Source of the DNA: Ministeria vibrans ATCC 50519
Taxonomy: Eukaryota; Protista; Filasterea
Reading direction: 5' to 3'
NCBI GenBank assembly: GCA_943704425.1
Contig: CALSCP010001961.1
Coordinates: 1-62,506, forward strand
Length of the DNA: 62,506 nucleotides
This document shows positions 17,413-30,300 of the stretch, in pieces (positions within the stretch are counted from its first letter, which is position 1; each line of letters begins with the position of its first letter). The translations under genes were made by a program, and so were the position numbers. The notes below the pieces were generated by a model. It was given only the letters and a program-made list of their open reading frames with translations. It was not told the DNA's origin and did not search any database.

Positions 17413-18169
17413 ATGCGACACACCCTGATCACCCACTGTATCATTGTCGGCTTAATAGCACTTTCTGCTGATGGCGAAACCACCGCCAATTGCACGATCA
17501 CTACAAATCGGACTTGCAATGACCTTTCTCCCGAATGCTTTTCCTGCGCCCTTGCCTCTCCCTGCACCTTTGGTCAGCCCACCAATCTCACATGTAGCCC
17601 CATTGGCGACAGCATTCCAAATTGCAGCGTACGTGCTGTCTCCTTGTCAGCTCTATCTGTTTACTCCATTCGTATGTAGACTCGACATGTCCAAGCCGAG
17701 TGTCAATTCTGTTTTCAAGTGACCAACACGTCGCTTGTGCGCTGCACCGATCGACTCGGGTGCAACACACACGACACCGATGGTCTCTTCTACGTCTCCA
17801 CCTGCCGCGTTGTCGACGACGCCTTCTACTGTGCCGGCAATCGCACGTACGAGCGGAAGCGCCCGTGCAACTGGTCGAGTGGCCACTCTTACTGGACGTC
17901 TCTTTTGCTCTCGGTCACCCTCGGGGGATTTGGAGCGGATCGCTTCTATCTCGGGTACAACGGTCTTGGGATTCTGAAGTTTTTCACCTTCGGTGGACTC
18001 GGCGTGTGGTAATAAGAATCTGCATCATTCTCATTCTCATTGTTGTTATGATTCGATCTTAATCGTCACCAACCGCCTTCGTATATGGTTCACTTGTAGG
18101 ACCTTCGTTGATGCTTTTCTCATCTCCATTGGCTATCTGACACCGGCAGACGGGAGCTTGTACTTATAA
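17413..18169 (+). CDS. TM2D3: TM2 domain-containing protein 3 (almondex-like), 3 exons
   Basis: Signal peptide and Cys-rich ectodomain, then CNWSSGHSYWTSLLLSVTLGGFGADRFYLG..KFFTFGGLGVWTFVDAFLISIGYLTPADGSLYL*, which closely matches the TM2D3 C-terminus. Confidence 0.88.
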
Positions 18170-18363
18170 ACTGTTGGTTGTGTGTTTCTTTCAGCTTTCA
18201 TCATTATACACAATGTATATTGAACCAAACAAACGATTCCAAGGTTGACACTCCTTTAGACACAGATTTCACTGACTTGAGACTCTTGAGTGAGTCACTT
18301 CAGTCTATTCATCATCATCCCTTCGGCCTGTTTCCGCTCACCACCCCTGGGCAGCCCAGAGTG

Positions 18364-21300
18364 ATGCTTCTTCTGTCTCTGCTCTTGGCAGTCCTTTTGG
18401 AATCCACCAAGACCGCAGCCCTTACCGCAAACTTTGCCGAAAATTTCTCCTCAACTCTGTTAAACACCAACTTTTGGTCAACGACCGGGTCAAGCGGCTA
18501 CGACACGTCAACAACGCAGTGTGGGCAAGTCGACAGCAACGGAGACGTACGTTGTTTGAGGTTTCTTCTCCTGTCAACACTGAACATTCTTTTTTCTCCT
18601 TCTTGTCGCTTTGATGTCTGTAGAACCTCATCTTCAAGAGCAACGTGCAATCGCGCATCCTTCTCACGGACGAAATCGACGCCAGCAACATCGTCTTCAT
18701 CTCCTTTCTCATGCTGAACGGAGGGACGTGCAACGCCGCAGAGGACGACGAGCCCGTCGACTTTCAGGTGGTGCTCAACTCGGGCTCCACCGTTACCCTC
18801 GCCTCCACCTCCACCTCCGCTTCCGTGCAGTCCTTCCACATCCCATTGCACAGCAGCTACCAGGTCCACGGCGTGCGCTTCCGCTGGATACAGTCTAACT
18901 TTGGCAGAAACAGCGACATTTGGCTGCTCGACAACGTCCTCTTCTCCATCACGCCCTTGCCCACGCTCATCTACCAGCCCCGCTGGACAGCTTCCCAAGG
19001 TACCGCTTCCTGGCAGTCACTAGGCAGTGGTACAGTGTCCACCACTGCTTGCGGTGCCTCAGATGTCCTCTCCTACGCCAGCTCCACCACCATTGTCTCT
19101 CGTGTGCTCACCTCCCAAGCAATCTCCGCCGCGTCCAATAGCATCGTTGCTCAATTTGAGCTGCGAATCGGCTGCAACAACGACTTTGAACTCGACGAAA
19201 GATATCCCGTAAGAACTTTTCATAACAAAGAGAGAGAGAAAAAATAAACAAAAACGTCGTGTGTGTTTTATTGTGATAGGTTGCCTTCCAGTATTCTATC
19301 AATGACGGTTCCACATGGCTCGACACTGCGATAGACTGCGACAAGAACCAGCAGTCTTCGTCGTGCACTAGCTTTGGCGAACCCTGGTTGCAGTACCCTT
19401 CGTCGTTTGTTCAGTGGCGTCGTGTCACTCTGACCTTTAATGTGCCCACTCGAAGTCTCACCTTCCGCTTTATGCAATCTGACTGCAACGGCTTCTTTTG
19501 TGCCCAAGCGTCCACCGTTCAGTTTGCACTGGGCCAAGTAGTAATTACAGGTGCTTGCTCGGGCTGCTCGGGCCACGGCTGGTGCACCGACGTCGCGGAC
19601 GAATGCGTGTGCGACGCGGGCTTCACCGGCGACGCGTGTCAGACTATCATCACTCCAAGCACACTTCCCACTTCCCTGCGCGAATCCTTTGACAAGTAAG
19701 CACTTTTTTTTGTGTGTGTTTTTCCTCTCTTCATAATTATGTGACCCTATTCTTGTACCAATTCACCTTCTTGCCCCAGTTTTGCCCCGGAACTCACAGC
19801 CATCTCCGGTAACACTGTCGGCACCGTGTTGGACACATCGCGATGGGCTTACTCGGCGCTTGCTGGCATCTACATTGGCTGCTGGTGCAACAACTGTAAT
19901 CCCCCGTTGACCAACATGACTGGCGGTGCTGGCTTTACTGCGTCCACTCACTGGCGCCAAATGGTGTCAACGCAACTCGATCTTACCGCCGTCGCTCTGC
20001 CCACCCTCTTTTTTTACTACTCCGACTACTTCTCTGCGACATGCAGCCCCTCCACTAACGACAGCCCTTTCCTTGCCACCACTCTCGACAACGGCATCTC
20101 ATGGTCCAAAGTTGCCCACCTTGGCTCCGGCTCGCCCGTTCCCACCTTCCATGCCTTCCGCATGCCCGTCTCTTCTACCACCGCAACCTCTTTCGCCTTC
20201 ATGCAACCACTTGCGTCCGCTGTTTTGGCCGACTCTTGGCTTGTCGACGGTGTCGTTGTTGACTCGCCCACCGCCTCCTCTCTCACCGACGGTGCCCTCT
20301 TGGAGTCCTTTGACCTCACACCCTCTCCTTCTTACTGGATCTACCTCACCGGTGCCACTCTTGGCTCTTACTGCTCATCATCGTAATCATTGAATAGTTC
20401 TTTTGATTCAATAATAATAATAATATTAATAATAATAATAATAATTATTATTATTATTATTTTTATTATTATTATTAATTTTTTTTCTTCTTCTTTCTAG
20501 TGGTGACGCGGTCTTGTTTGTGGAGGACCGTCTTCGCGTGGCCATGACCAAGTCGGTGCCGGTATCGGCGACTGCCGCACCCATGATTCAGTTTGACCTG
20601 ACCATGGGCTGTAGTAGTGGCCTGGCCACGGCGAGCCTGTCGCTCGATGTCTCGTTTGACGGCGGTCTCTCCTGGACCGCGGCCGTGCCCGAGTCGGCGT
20701 ACGCATCGCTTGCGAATGCTCATACATCTGTTGCCTCCTCGTTTCCCTCGCTCTACGCACCCGGTGTGTATGGGCTCACGCCAGGATTTACTCGTGTCAC
20801 TGTCGACCTCGTCAATGTCATGGCCAAGAGCAGTGCCGAAGTTACAGACGTGATGGCACGCTGGACGCTTCTCAATGACGATGGAAACTCCTATATGCCC
20901 CACAGCAACTTTGCTTTGGACAATGTCTACGTGGGCGATCGTTGTCCCAGCTTGTGCTCGGGCTTTGGCGCGTGTCGTCTCAGCGGCGCCCCTGCCGTGT
21001 TTGGCTGTGTCTGCGACTCGTTTGGCTTGTACGGTTCCTTCTCCTCGAGCGACTGTAGCGTCGCGTCGGGCACGGAAACGCTTGCAGCCGGTGTCGCCGA
21101 GAGTGCCGTTGCAGAGATCATTCCACCGTGGAACATGCCGTTGTGGACGAATCAGAATGGTGTATTCCCAACGTACTTTAGCACAGGCGAGCCGGCGTCC
21201 ACAGCGTGCACCAGCGATGGCCAGGCGGCGTTTGTCTTCAAAGGGCCCGCTCGACTGCTCACAACCTTTCCGCTTGACGTGTCGTCGTCCCTGGCTGAAA

Positions 21301-24300
21301 TTACTTTTCGCATGCAAACTCGCGATACAAGCGAAACAACCAATGTTTGCAGTCGCTCCAGTGCCAACACCGCGGTCACTGCCTCCGTTGTATTGCTCTA
21401 CTCTACCAATAACTTCTTGACGACCCACACGCTCGCAACCTACGACGACAAGCCTGTCATGACGACGTACACGGTGCCGCTGCCAACGGCTGCTCGCACT
21501 TCGCACACGTCGTTTATGTGGACGCAACTGAATGCGTCGCTGGCGGACAGCGACTACTGGTATATGTCGGCTATCCTTGTGGGTGTTCCCGAGTGCAGTA
21601 CATCGTCGTGTCTCAATGGCGGCACCTGTTCAGTCTCACTTTCAGGCTTTACCACACTTACCACGTGCGCGTGCCCTTTGTTTTACACAGGCCTGCGCTG
21701 CGAGACACAATTAGCCACGCCATGTCTGCCGGATCCCTGCAATGGCCACGGAACGTGCCAGGCCAAGCAAGAAGAAGAAGGTATCTTCATTTGTACTTGC
21801 GACTCGGGGTACACCGGTGCCACGTGTGACCAGGACGTAGACGAGTGTGCCTCGTCACCATGCGCGCCTACTGCCACCTGTGTCAATGGTCTCGATGCCT
21901 ACTCGTGCTCATGTCGCCCAGGCGACACGGGTGTCAAGTGTGACGTAAATATTGATGAGTGTGCCTCGTCACCCTGTCTCAACGGCGCACTCTGCACCGA
22001 GACGCAGCCGAATGGGTACAACTGCCAGTGTGCCTCGGGCTACACCGGATCTCAGTGTGCCAACGAAATCAACGAGTGTTCCTCCAACCCTTGTCTCAAC
22101 GGTGGTCAGTGCAGCAACTTGGTCAATGGCTTCACTTGCGCCTGTGTCGCCGGATACACTGGCGTGCTCTGTGGCGTCGACACGAACGAGTGTAGCTCAA
22201 CACCTTGTGGTCTTGGCGCCACCTGCAACAATCTTATCAACGCTTTCGAGTGCACCTGTCCCCCCGGTATTACGGGCGAGCAGTGCACCGTCGACATTGA
22301 CGAGTGCGCAAGTTCGCCGTGTCTCAATGGTGGCGACTGCCTCGACGCGTTAGATACCTTCTTGTGCAATTGCCTGGCGGGCTACACAGGCGCTCTGTGC
22401 GTTGTCAACGTGGACGAATGTGCCAGCACGCCCTGCCTCAACGGTGGCACGTGTGTCGACGAGGTGAACGCTTTCGCCTGCAATTGTATGGCGGGATTCT
22501 TTGATCCTATTTGCTCTTCACCTGTCGACGAGTGTGCCAGCTCGCCCTGTGGACCAGAAGCAGTGAGCTGCAACGACGTGCATTTAGGGTACGAGTGTGT
22601 GTGCAAGGCAGGTCTGACGGGCGTGCTGTGCGAGAGTGAAGTGGATGAGTGCGCCTCATCTCCGTGTGTACACGGCTCTTGCGAAGACCAATTGGGCGCC
22701 TTTGTGTGCGCCTGCTTTGCAGGTTGGACCGGTGACTTGTGTGCAGACACTATTGACGAGTGTGCGAGTACGCCGTGCCACAACGGTGGCACCTGTGTGG
22801 ACGCGGTCGATGGCTACACGTGTCTTTGCGTACTAGGATGGATCGGTGGCGAGTGCGAGACAAACGTTGACGAGTGTGCTTCGTCGCCCTGTCAGAATGG
22901 CGGCACTTGTCTTGACAATGTTGGCTCTTTCACTTGTGAATGTGTTGGGACGGGATATGCTGGTGCACACTGCGAGAGTAACATTGACGAGTGTGTGTCG
23001 TTGCCCTGTCAGAATGGCGGGCTGTGCATCGACGGGGTAGGCATGTTCACGTGCACATGTACCAACGCGACTTTTACGGGACTGACGTGTGAGAGTGAGG
23101 TGGACGAGTGTGCTTCGTCGCCGTGCCTTAACGGCGCCATTTGTGCCGACGGATTGGGAATGTATGAGTGCGAGTGTGCTCCCGGCTACACAGGAAGTGC
23201 CTGTGAGAGCGATATAGACGAGTGCGCCTCGTCACCGTGCCAGAACGGCGGGAATTGTCTCGATGCAGTTGGAAAATTTGAGTGTGACTGTGTCGTGGTG
23301 GGTTTCAAGGGTGTGCTGTGCGAAAGCGAGGTAGACGAGTGCATCTCGTCTCCTTGCCAAAACGGTGGAGTGTGTACCGACCAGGGAACCATGTACCTGT
23401 GTGACTGCGCGACGACTGGCCACACAGGAGTCTTGTGCGAGAGTGGTATTGACGAGTGTGCGTCGTCACCGTGTCAGCACGGCGGCGTGTGCACTTCGGG
23501 GATCGACCGCTATGATTGCGATTGTTTTGGCACTGGCTACACCGGTGTGGTGTGCGAAGCAGAAATCGACGAGTGTGACTCGTGTCCGTGTCAGCATGGT
23601 GCGACGTGTAAAGATCTCTTGCACCGCTTTGTGTGTCAATGCAGCCAAATTGGCTATACTGGAGACCAGTGTGAGACACTTATTGACGAGTGTGTCTCGT
23701 CACCTTGTCAAAATAACGGTCAGTGCAGCGACCGCGTAGGCGGTTTTCAGTGCGCGTGTGCCAATGGCTTTACCGGAGCCACATGCGACGTGAATATTGA
23801 CGAATGTCTGAGCGAGCCGTGTGTCAATGGGGGAACGTGTGTTGACGACATTGCCTCATCGGTGTGTCTATGTGAGGCGGCGCACACGGGTGTGCAGTGT
23901 GAGTCGTCCGTCGATTTTTGTGCGAGCAGTCCGTGCGTCAACACGGGTGTATGCTCCAGCGGAAACCGTCAACACGAGTGTGCCTGTCCTGCGAGTTACA
24001 CGGGTGTCGCATGTGAGGTTGAAATCAACGAGTGTGAAAGCAGTCCGTGCCTGCACGGTGCGACGTGTACGGATATGGTGGGGTTCTATACGTGCCTGTG
24101 TCACGCTGGATTCATCGGAGATGTGTGCGAGACGGACGTTGATGAGTGTCTGAGCGCTCCTTGTGAGAATGTTGGGACGTGCATGAACGAGCTGGGCAGT
24201 TTCCGTTGTGTGTGTGCCACTGGATGGTTTGGCAATGTATGCGAGACCAACACCGATGAGTGTTCGTCGTCGCCGTGCGGCGTCAATGCGCTTGCGTGCC

Positions 24301-27300
24301 AAGATGTCGTCGGTGGATACACATGTGAGTGCTTGCCTGGGTTCACCGGCGAGACCTGCTTAGTGGACGTTGATGAATGTGCGAGTTCACCCTGTGCTCA
24401 CGCTGGCGTATGTACCGATGCTTTAAACAGTTACTTGTGCGCATGCGTGTCGGGGTTTACTGGCCTCATGTGCGAGACGGACGTGGACGAGTGCACAAGC
24501 AGTCCGTGTTTAAACGGCGCGACTTGTGTGGACCAGCCGAATGTTTTTCGCTGTTCTTGCTTGCCCGGTTACACTGGCGGGTTGTGTGAGACAGACGTAG
24601 ATGACTGCGCCAGCTCGCCATGTGATCCAAGTGCAACCTGTGTGAACAATGCTGGACACTATGCGTGTGAGTGTGCGCTTGGCTTGACTGGCGAGACGTG
24701 TGCTGTTGACATTGATGAGTGTGCGAGCAGCCCTTGTGCGAACGGTGGCACCTGTACTAACCTTCTTGGGCGCTATGAGTGTGTGTGTGACATGGGGCAC
24801 ACGGGTGCTCTGTGCGACCAGCTGCTCGTGATATGTGCCTCTGCAACATGTTTAAATGGCGGCACTTGTATTGGTAGCTCGCACAACTTGACCTGCGTGT
24901 GTCAGTCTGGTTTTATGGGTGATAACTGTGAGGAGGATGCATGCGGTTCATCGCCATGTCAGAATGGCGGAGCGTGTCGAGTCGATGTTGAAGTGGTGTG
25001 TGACTGTGACGCTGCATGGACAGGTGCTCTGTGCGAATTGGCTTTTGACCCGTGCGCTTCGTCGCCCTGCCAGAACGCCGGTACCTGTCTGACCGGCGCT
25101 GCGTCATTTGTGTGTGTTTGCCAGGCAGGAATCAGCGGTGCTTTGTGCGCCAACGATACTTTGGAGTGCGCCTCTTCGCCCTGTCAGAATGGTGGTTCCT
25201 GTCTTGAATTGATGGTAACTGGTGGCTACTCGTGTGCGTGCACTGGAGAGTTTTTTGGAGCTTCCTGCGAGCAAACATCCTCGTCTGTGTGCAGCCCACA
25301 GCCGTGTCTCAATGGCGGCAGTTGTGTCGACGATCTTAGCTCGGCGGTGTGCTTTTGCCCGAGCAACTTTACGGGTGAGCTATGCGAGACAGTGGTTGTG
25401 GCCGCGTGTGCGTCGTTTCCCTGTGCCAACGGTGGGGCATGCTTCGAAAGCACAAATGGCTATATGTGCACGTGCGAGACGGGGTTCTCTGGCGTGCACT
25501 GCGAGAACACCGTTGAGTCTCGCTGCGACTCTAGTCCCTGCCTTAATGGTGCCACCTGCGCCGACTCTGTGTGCTACTGTGACTTTGGCTACTCTGGTGA
25601 GTCCTGCGAATCACTTCTTTTACTGTGTGACTCGAGTCCATGTGACAACGGAGGCACGTGTGCCGAGGGAGTTTCTGGATTTGAGTGTATTTGCGCCACC
25701 ACGTTTACGGGGGCGACGTGTACCACCTCTCTTGTTGTAATGTTGCCCTGTGCTTCTTTTCCCTGTACCAACGGCGGTACGTGTGTTGAGAGCGGCAGCG
25801 CTTTTGCGTGCACTTGTGCTGATGGGTTCACTGGGGTTCACTGTGACAGCGCGATTGCGGATGTGTGTGAGTCGTCGCCCTGTACCAACGGGGGAACATG
25901 CCTTGTTGATGTCTCGGGNNNNNNACGTGCACTTGTGCTGATGGGTTCACTGGGGTTCACTGTGACAGCGCGATTGCGGATGTGTGTGAGTCGTCGCCCT
26001 GTACCAACGGGGGAACATGCCTTGTTGATGTCTCGGGCATTTACATGTGCACTTGTGCTGATGGGTTCACTGGGGTTCACTGTGACAGCGCGATTGCGGA
26101 TGTGTGTGAGTCGTCGCCCTGTACCAACGGGGGAACATGCCTTGTTGATGTCTCGGGCATTTACATGTGCACTTGTGCTGATGGGTTCACTGGGGTTCAC
26201 TGTGACAGCGCGATTGCGGATGTGTGTGAGTCGTCGCCCTGTACCAACGGGGGAACATGCCTTGTTGATGTCTCGGGCATTTACATGTGTACTTGTGCTG
26301 ATGGGTTCACTGGGGTTCACTGTGACAGCGCGATTGCGGATGTGTGTGAGTCGTCGCCCTGTACCAACGGGGGAACATGCCTTGTTGATGTCTCGGGCAT
26401 TTACATGTGTACTTGTGCTGATGGGTTCACTGGGGTTCACTGTGACAGCGCGATTGCGGATGTGTGTGAGTCGTCGCCCTGTACCAACGGGGGAACATGC
26501 CTTGTTGATGTCTCGGGCATTTACATGTGTACTTGTGCTGATGGGTTCACTGGGGTTCACTGTGACAGCGCGATTGCGGATGTGTGTGAGTCGTCGCCTT
26601 GTCAGAATGCGGGTACCTGTACCGTTGAGATGAGCGGGTTTGCTTGTGAATGCGCCAGTGGCTTTGGCGGTACCCGGTGTGCTCTGAATTTGGACGATTG
26701 TACGTCGTCTCCATGCCAAAATGGCGCGACCTGTGTGGACGGCACTCAATCCCACACTTGTGAATGCGCCAGTGGGTTTTTTGGCCCACTGTGCGATGCA
26801 ATATTCGATTCGTGTGCGTCGTCACCTTGCGCACATGGTAGCACCTGCTTCAACTCAGCCGCTGACTTTAGTTGCGTGTGTCGATCGGGATTCGCGGGAG
26901 CTCTCTGTGAGAGCGATATTGAGGAGTGTGCTTCTTCGCCCTGCCTGAATGGCGCAACATGCCTGGAGGAGATCCACGATCAGTTCAGCTGTGTCTGTCC
27001 TACCGGCTTTTTTGGCATTATTTGTGATGCTCAGGTCGACTTGTGTGCTTCGCTGCCATGTCATAATGGCGCAACGTGCTCTAGCTTGGCCTCGACTTTC
27101 GTGTGCACGTGCTCCTTGGGGTACAGTGGCGATTTTTGTGAACAAGATGTGGACGAGTGTGCGTCGTCACCGTGCCAGAGCGGTGCTACTTGTACCGACC
27201 AAGTGGATGTGTTTGTGTGCACATGTCCGAGCGGGTTTTCTGGCGCACGATGCTTTGTCGACATGGACGAGTGCAATTCATCTCCGTGCCAGAACTCTGC

Positions 27301-30300
27301 GACCTGCATTGACGACATCAATGCATTTGCATGTGAGTGTCCTGATGGTTTCTTTGGCGTGGTGTGCGATGCGACAATTGATTTCTGTGCTTCCTCTCCC
27401 TGTCACAACAGCGGTACATGCTCGTCATCATCCAATGACTTTACTTGCGAGTGTGTGTCGGGAACAACCGGAAGTGTCTGTGATGTGGGTCTGGACGAGT
27501 GTTCATCATCTCCCTGTCAGAATGGTGCAACATGTGGCGTTGGAGCGAGCGGCTTCACCTGCTCTTGTGCAGCAGGTTTTGCAGATTTATTGTGCTCGAC
27601 TGGCATTGACGAGTGCGCTTCGTCTCCTTGTCAGAATGGTGCAACGTGTAGCGACAACACCAACGGATTTGCGTGTGTGTGCTCTACGGGCTTTATGGAT
27701 GCACTGTGCTCGACTGGCATTGACGAGTGCGCTTCGTCTCCTTGTCAGAATGGTGCAACGTGTAGCGACAACATCAACGGATTTGCGTGTGTGTGCTCTA
27801 CGGGCTTTATGGATGCACTGTGCTCGACTGTCATTGACGAGTGCACTTCGTCTCCTTGTCAGAATGGCGCAACGTGTAGCATTGGTGCGAGTGACTACAT
27901 TTGCTCTTGTGCAACGGGTTTTACAGATTCACTGTGCTCGACTGTCATTGACGAGTGCGCTTCGTCTCCCTGTCAGAATGGCGCAACGTGTAACAACACC
28001 AGCGATGGATTCGTGTGTGTGTGTCCCGTAAGCTATGTAGGCACACTGTGTTTGTTGCGCGGGGGCATTATGACACCCGCTGGCGGGATTATAGCTGTCG
28101 ACTCGGTGGCGTTTGAGTTTGCAGTGGGTGCCATCTCGAGTACAGTGACGGTTGTGGTCGAGGAGATACCCTTTTCTTCATCCCGATCGACCACACTGCC
28201 ATCGAGCGTCGACGTGGCTCCGTCCAGTGCCTTTCGCATGTCGATTGCTGCTTTCTCCATCGGCCAGACCTTCTCGGCCGACGTGCAGGTGACGCTTGTA
28301 GTGGCGGGCTCTCCATCAAACCTCCTTCTTTTCTGGTCGGCTCTCGCCGGTACCGACGGGTGGTCCATGACCGCGTCGGTGGTATCGCGTCGACGCACTC
28401 TTGGTGTGTGTCCCTCCAATGCAGTGTGTGGCGGTATTTCATCACCCGGTTTTATCGCCCCGTTCGCAGTCGACGAGTGTGCATCGTCGCCATGTCACAA
28501 TGGCGGCACATGCGCCGACGGACTTGGGTTGTTCACGTGTACGTGTGCCGCTGGATTTACGGGCAGCGAGTGCGCTGTGAACATTGACGAGTGTGCATCG
28601 GCTCCGTGCGTCAATGGCGGCACCTGCGTGGATCAGGTGGCGAGCCATTTGTGCGTGTGCGACGCGGGGTTCACCGGGGCGGTGTGTGATGGGGTTGTCG
28701 GGGGCACGCCGTCGTCGTCGTCGGCCGGCGGCGGCTTCTCTATGGTGATCATAGTTGCTATTGTGTGTGTCGTGCTGATAGTACTTGTTGTCGTTGGCGT
28801 GGTGGTGTACCGGAAATACGGTCGTCGCCGACGACGCCAGAGCGCGCCCATTGGCAAGCGAGACAAGAACGAGGCGCTCGACGATTTCGAATTAATGGGC
28901 ATGCACTCGTCGGCGGCGCTCGTGCGCAATCCGTCGGGCATGTCACTGGTGTCGTCGTCGCAAGCTCCGCTCATGCTTGGTAACTCGGACGTGGTTGGTG
29001 GCGATGAAATTGAGGCGGCGGTGGCGTCTCTGTCGGCCGAAGAACGTCACAGTCTCGATGTCAAGTATGGCATGTTTGGCAAGCACGACGAGGCCAAATT
29101 TGGCAGCAATGCGCGCGTCGTGTCGCTGACGTCGAGGCGCGGCGATCCCGACTACTACTGCGAGGCAAGCATGCCTGCAGGTGCTTCTTACAGCGTTGCC
29201 GGAGTCACGTCAAATTATGTCAATGCAGTGCCGAGTGGTACTGATGCCGGAATGGGCGCCACCGCTACTCCCGACACAGACTATGCACAGTTGGGCATCG
29301 TGAATGTAGGGGTGCGAGCTACGGCTTCCGAGGGTGACTATGCAAACATGGACATGCAGCCGGACGTGGCGGTGATGGAACTGCGGCCGCGAGAGGAGCC
29401 TGGTGACGACTATGCTGATTATGCGCGACTGCGTGAGCGCGATGTTGAGGCGCTCTATGCGACGGCGGTGCCACGGATTCGCCAGCGGTCGCGCGCCATG
29501 TCGCGACCCGTTACGTATGTGATGGGCAGTGAGTTGGTAGACGGCGTGACGGCGGTGCCGGTTGAGGTGGAGCCCATGTATGCGTCGTTGACGAGCGTCT
29601 CCGAGTTTGACCGGGCTCGTCTGACCATCGAGGATGAGATTGGCGAGGGCGAGTTTGGCCGAGTTCTGCTTGCGACGGCGACTGGTTTTGCAAGCGCGCC
29701 ACACACGCGCAACGTTGCCGTGAAAATGCTGAAGGATGGTGCGAGCGACGGCGACATGAACGAGTTCCTTGAGGAAGGCAAGTTGTTGGGGAGGTTCTCG
29801 CACTCCAATGTGCTCGGGCTGGAAGGTCTGTGTGTGGCTCAGCGGCCCTGGCTGCTCATCCTCGAGTATGCGCCGCATGGCGATCTACGCAACTTTCTGC
29901 GCTGCTGTGCGACCCTCGAGGGCATGGAAGTGTCGGTGCGCGAGCAGCTTGACATTGCGCGGCAGATTGCCTCGGGCATGGCCTACCTCGCCGGGAACCA
30001 GTTTGTACACCGCGATCTTGCGGCGCGCAACTGCCTTGTGGGCAGTGGGACTTGCATTAAGATTGCCGACTTTGGTCTGTCGCATCTGCTCGACGGCAAG
30101 GACTACTACCGCATGGACACGAAGAAGAAGCTGCCGGTGCGCTGGATGTCGCTCGAGTCTATCTTGTATCGGACCTTCTCGCTGCCATCGGACGTGTGGT
30201 CGTTTGGGATTGTCATGTGGGAGATTATGACGTTTGGCACGGTGCGACCGTACAAAGGAATGCAAGCGAAGGACATTGTGATGATGTTGGTGAGCGGTCA

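Noticed and set aside
25919-25924. Apparent frameshift splitting the receptor into ORFs 20514-26633 and 25982-30496 (programmed frameshift or pseudogene)
   Set aside because: It coincides with 6 Ns where the repeat unit predicts 7 bases, so it is an assembly-gap artefact.
25810-26598. CRISPR-like array (also considered for 43016-43310)
   Set aside because: The repeats are contiguous with no unique spacers, the context is eukaryotic, and no cas genes are present.
28384-28400. SRRRT as a Notch-S1-like furin site
   Set aside because: It lacks the P4 Arg of the R-x-x-R consensus and is too weak to call.
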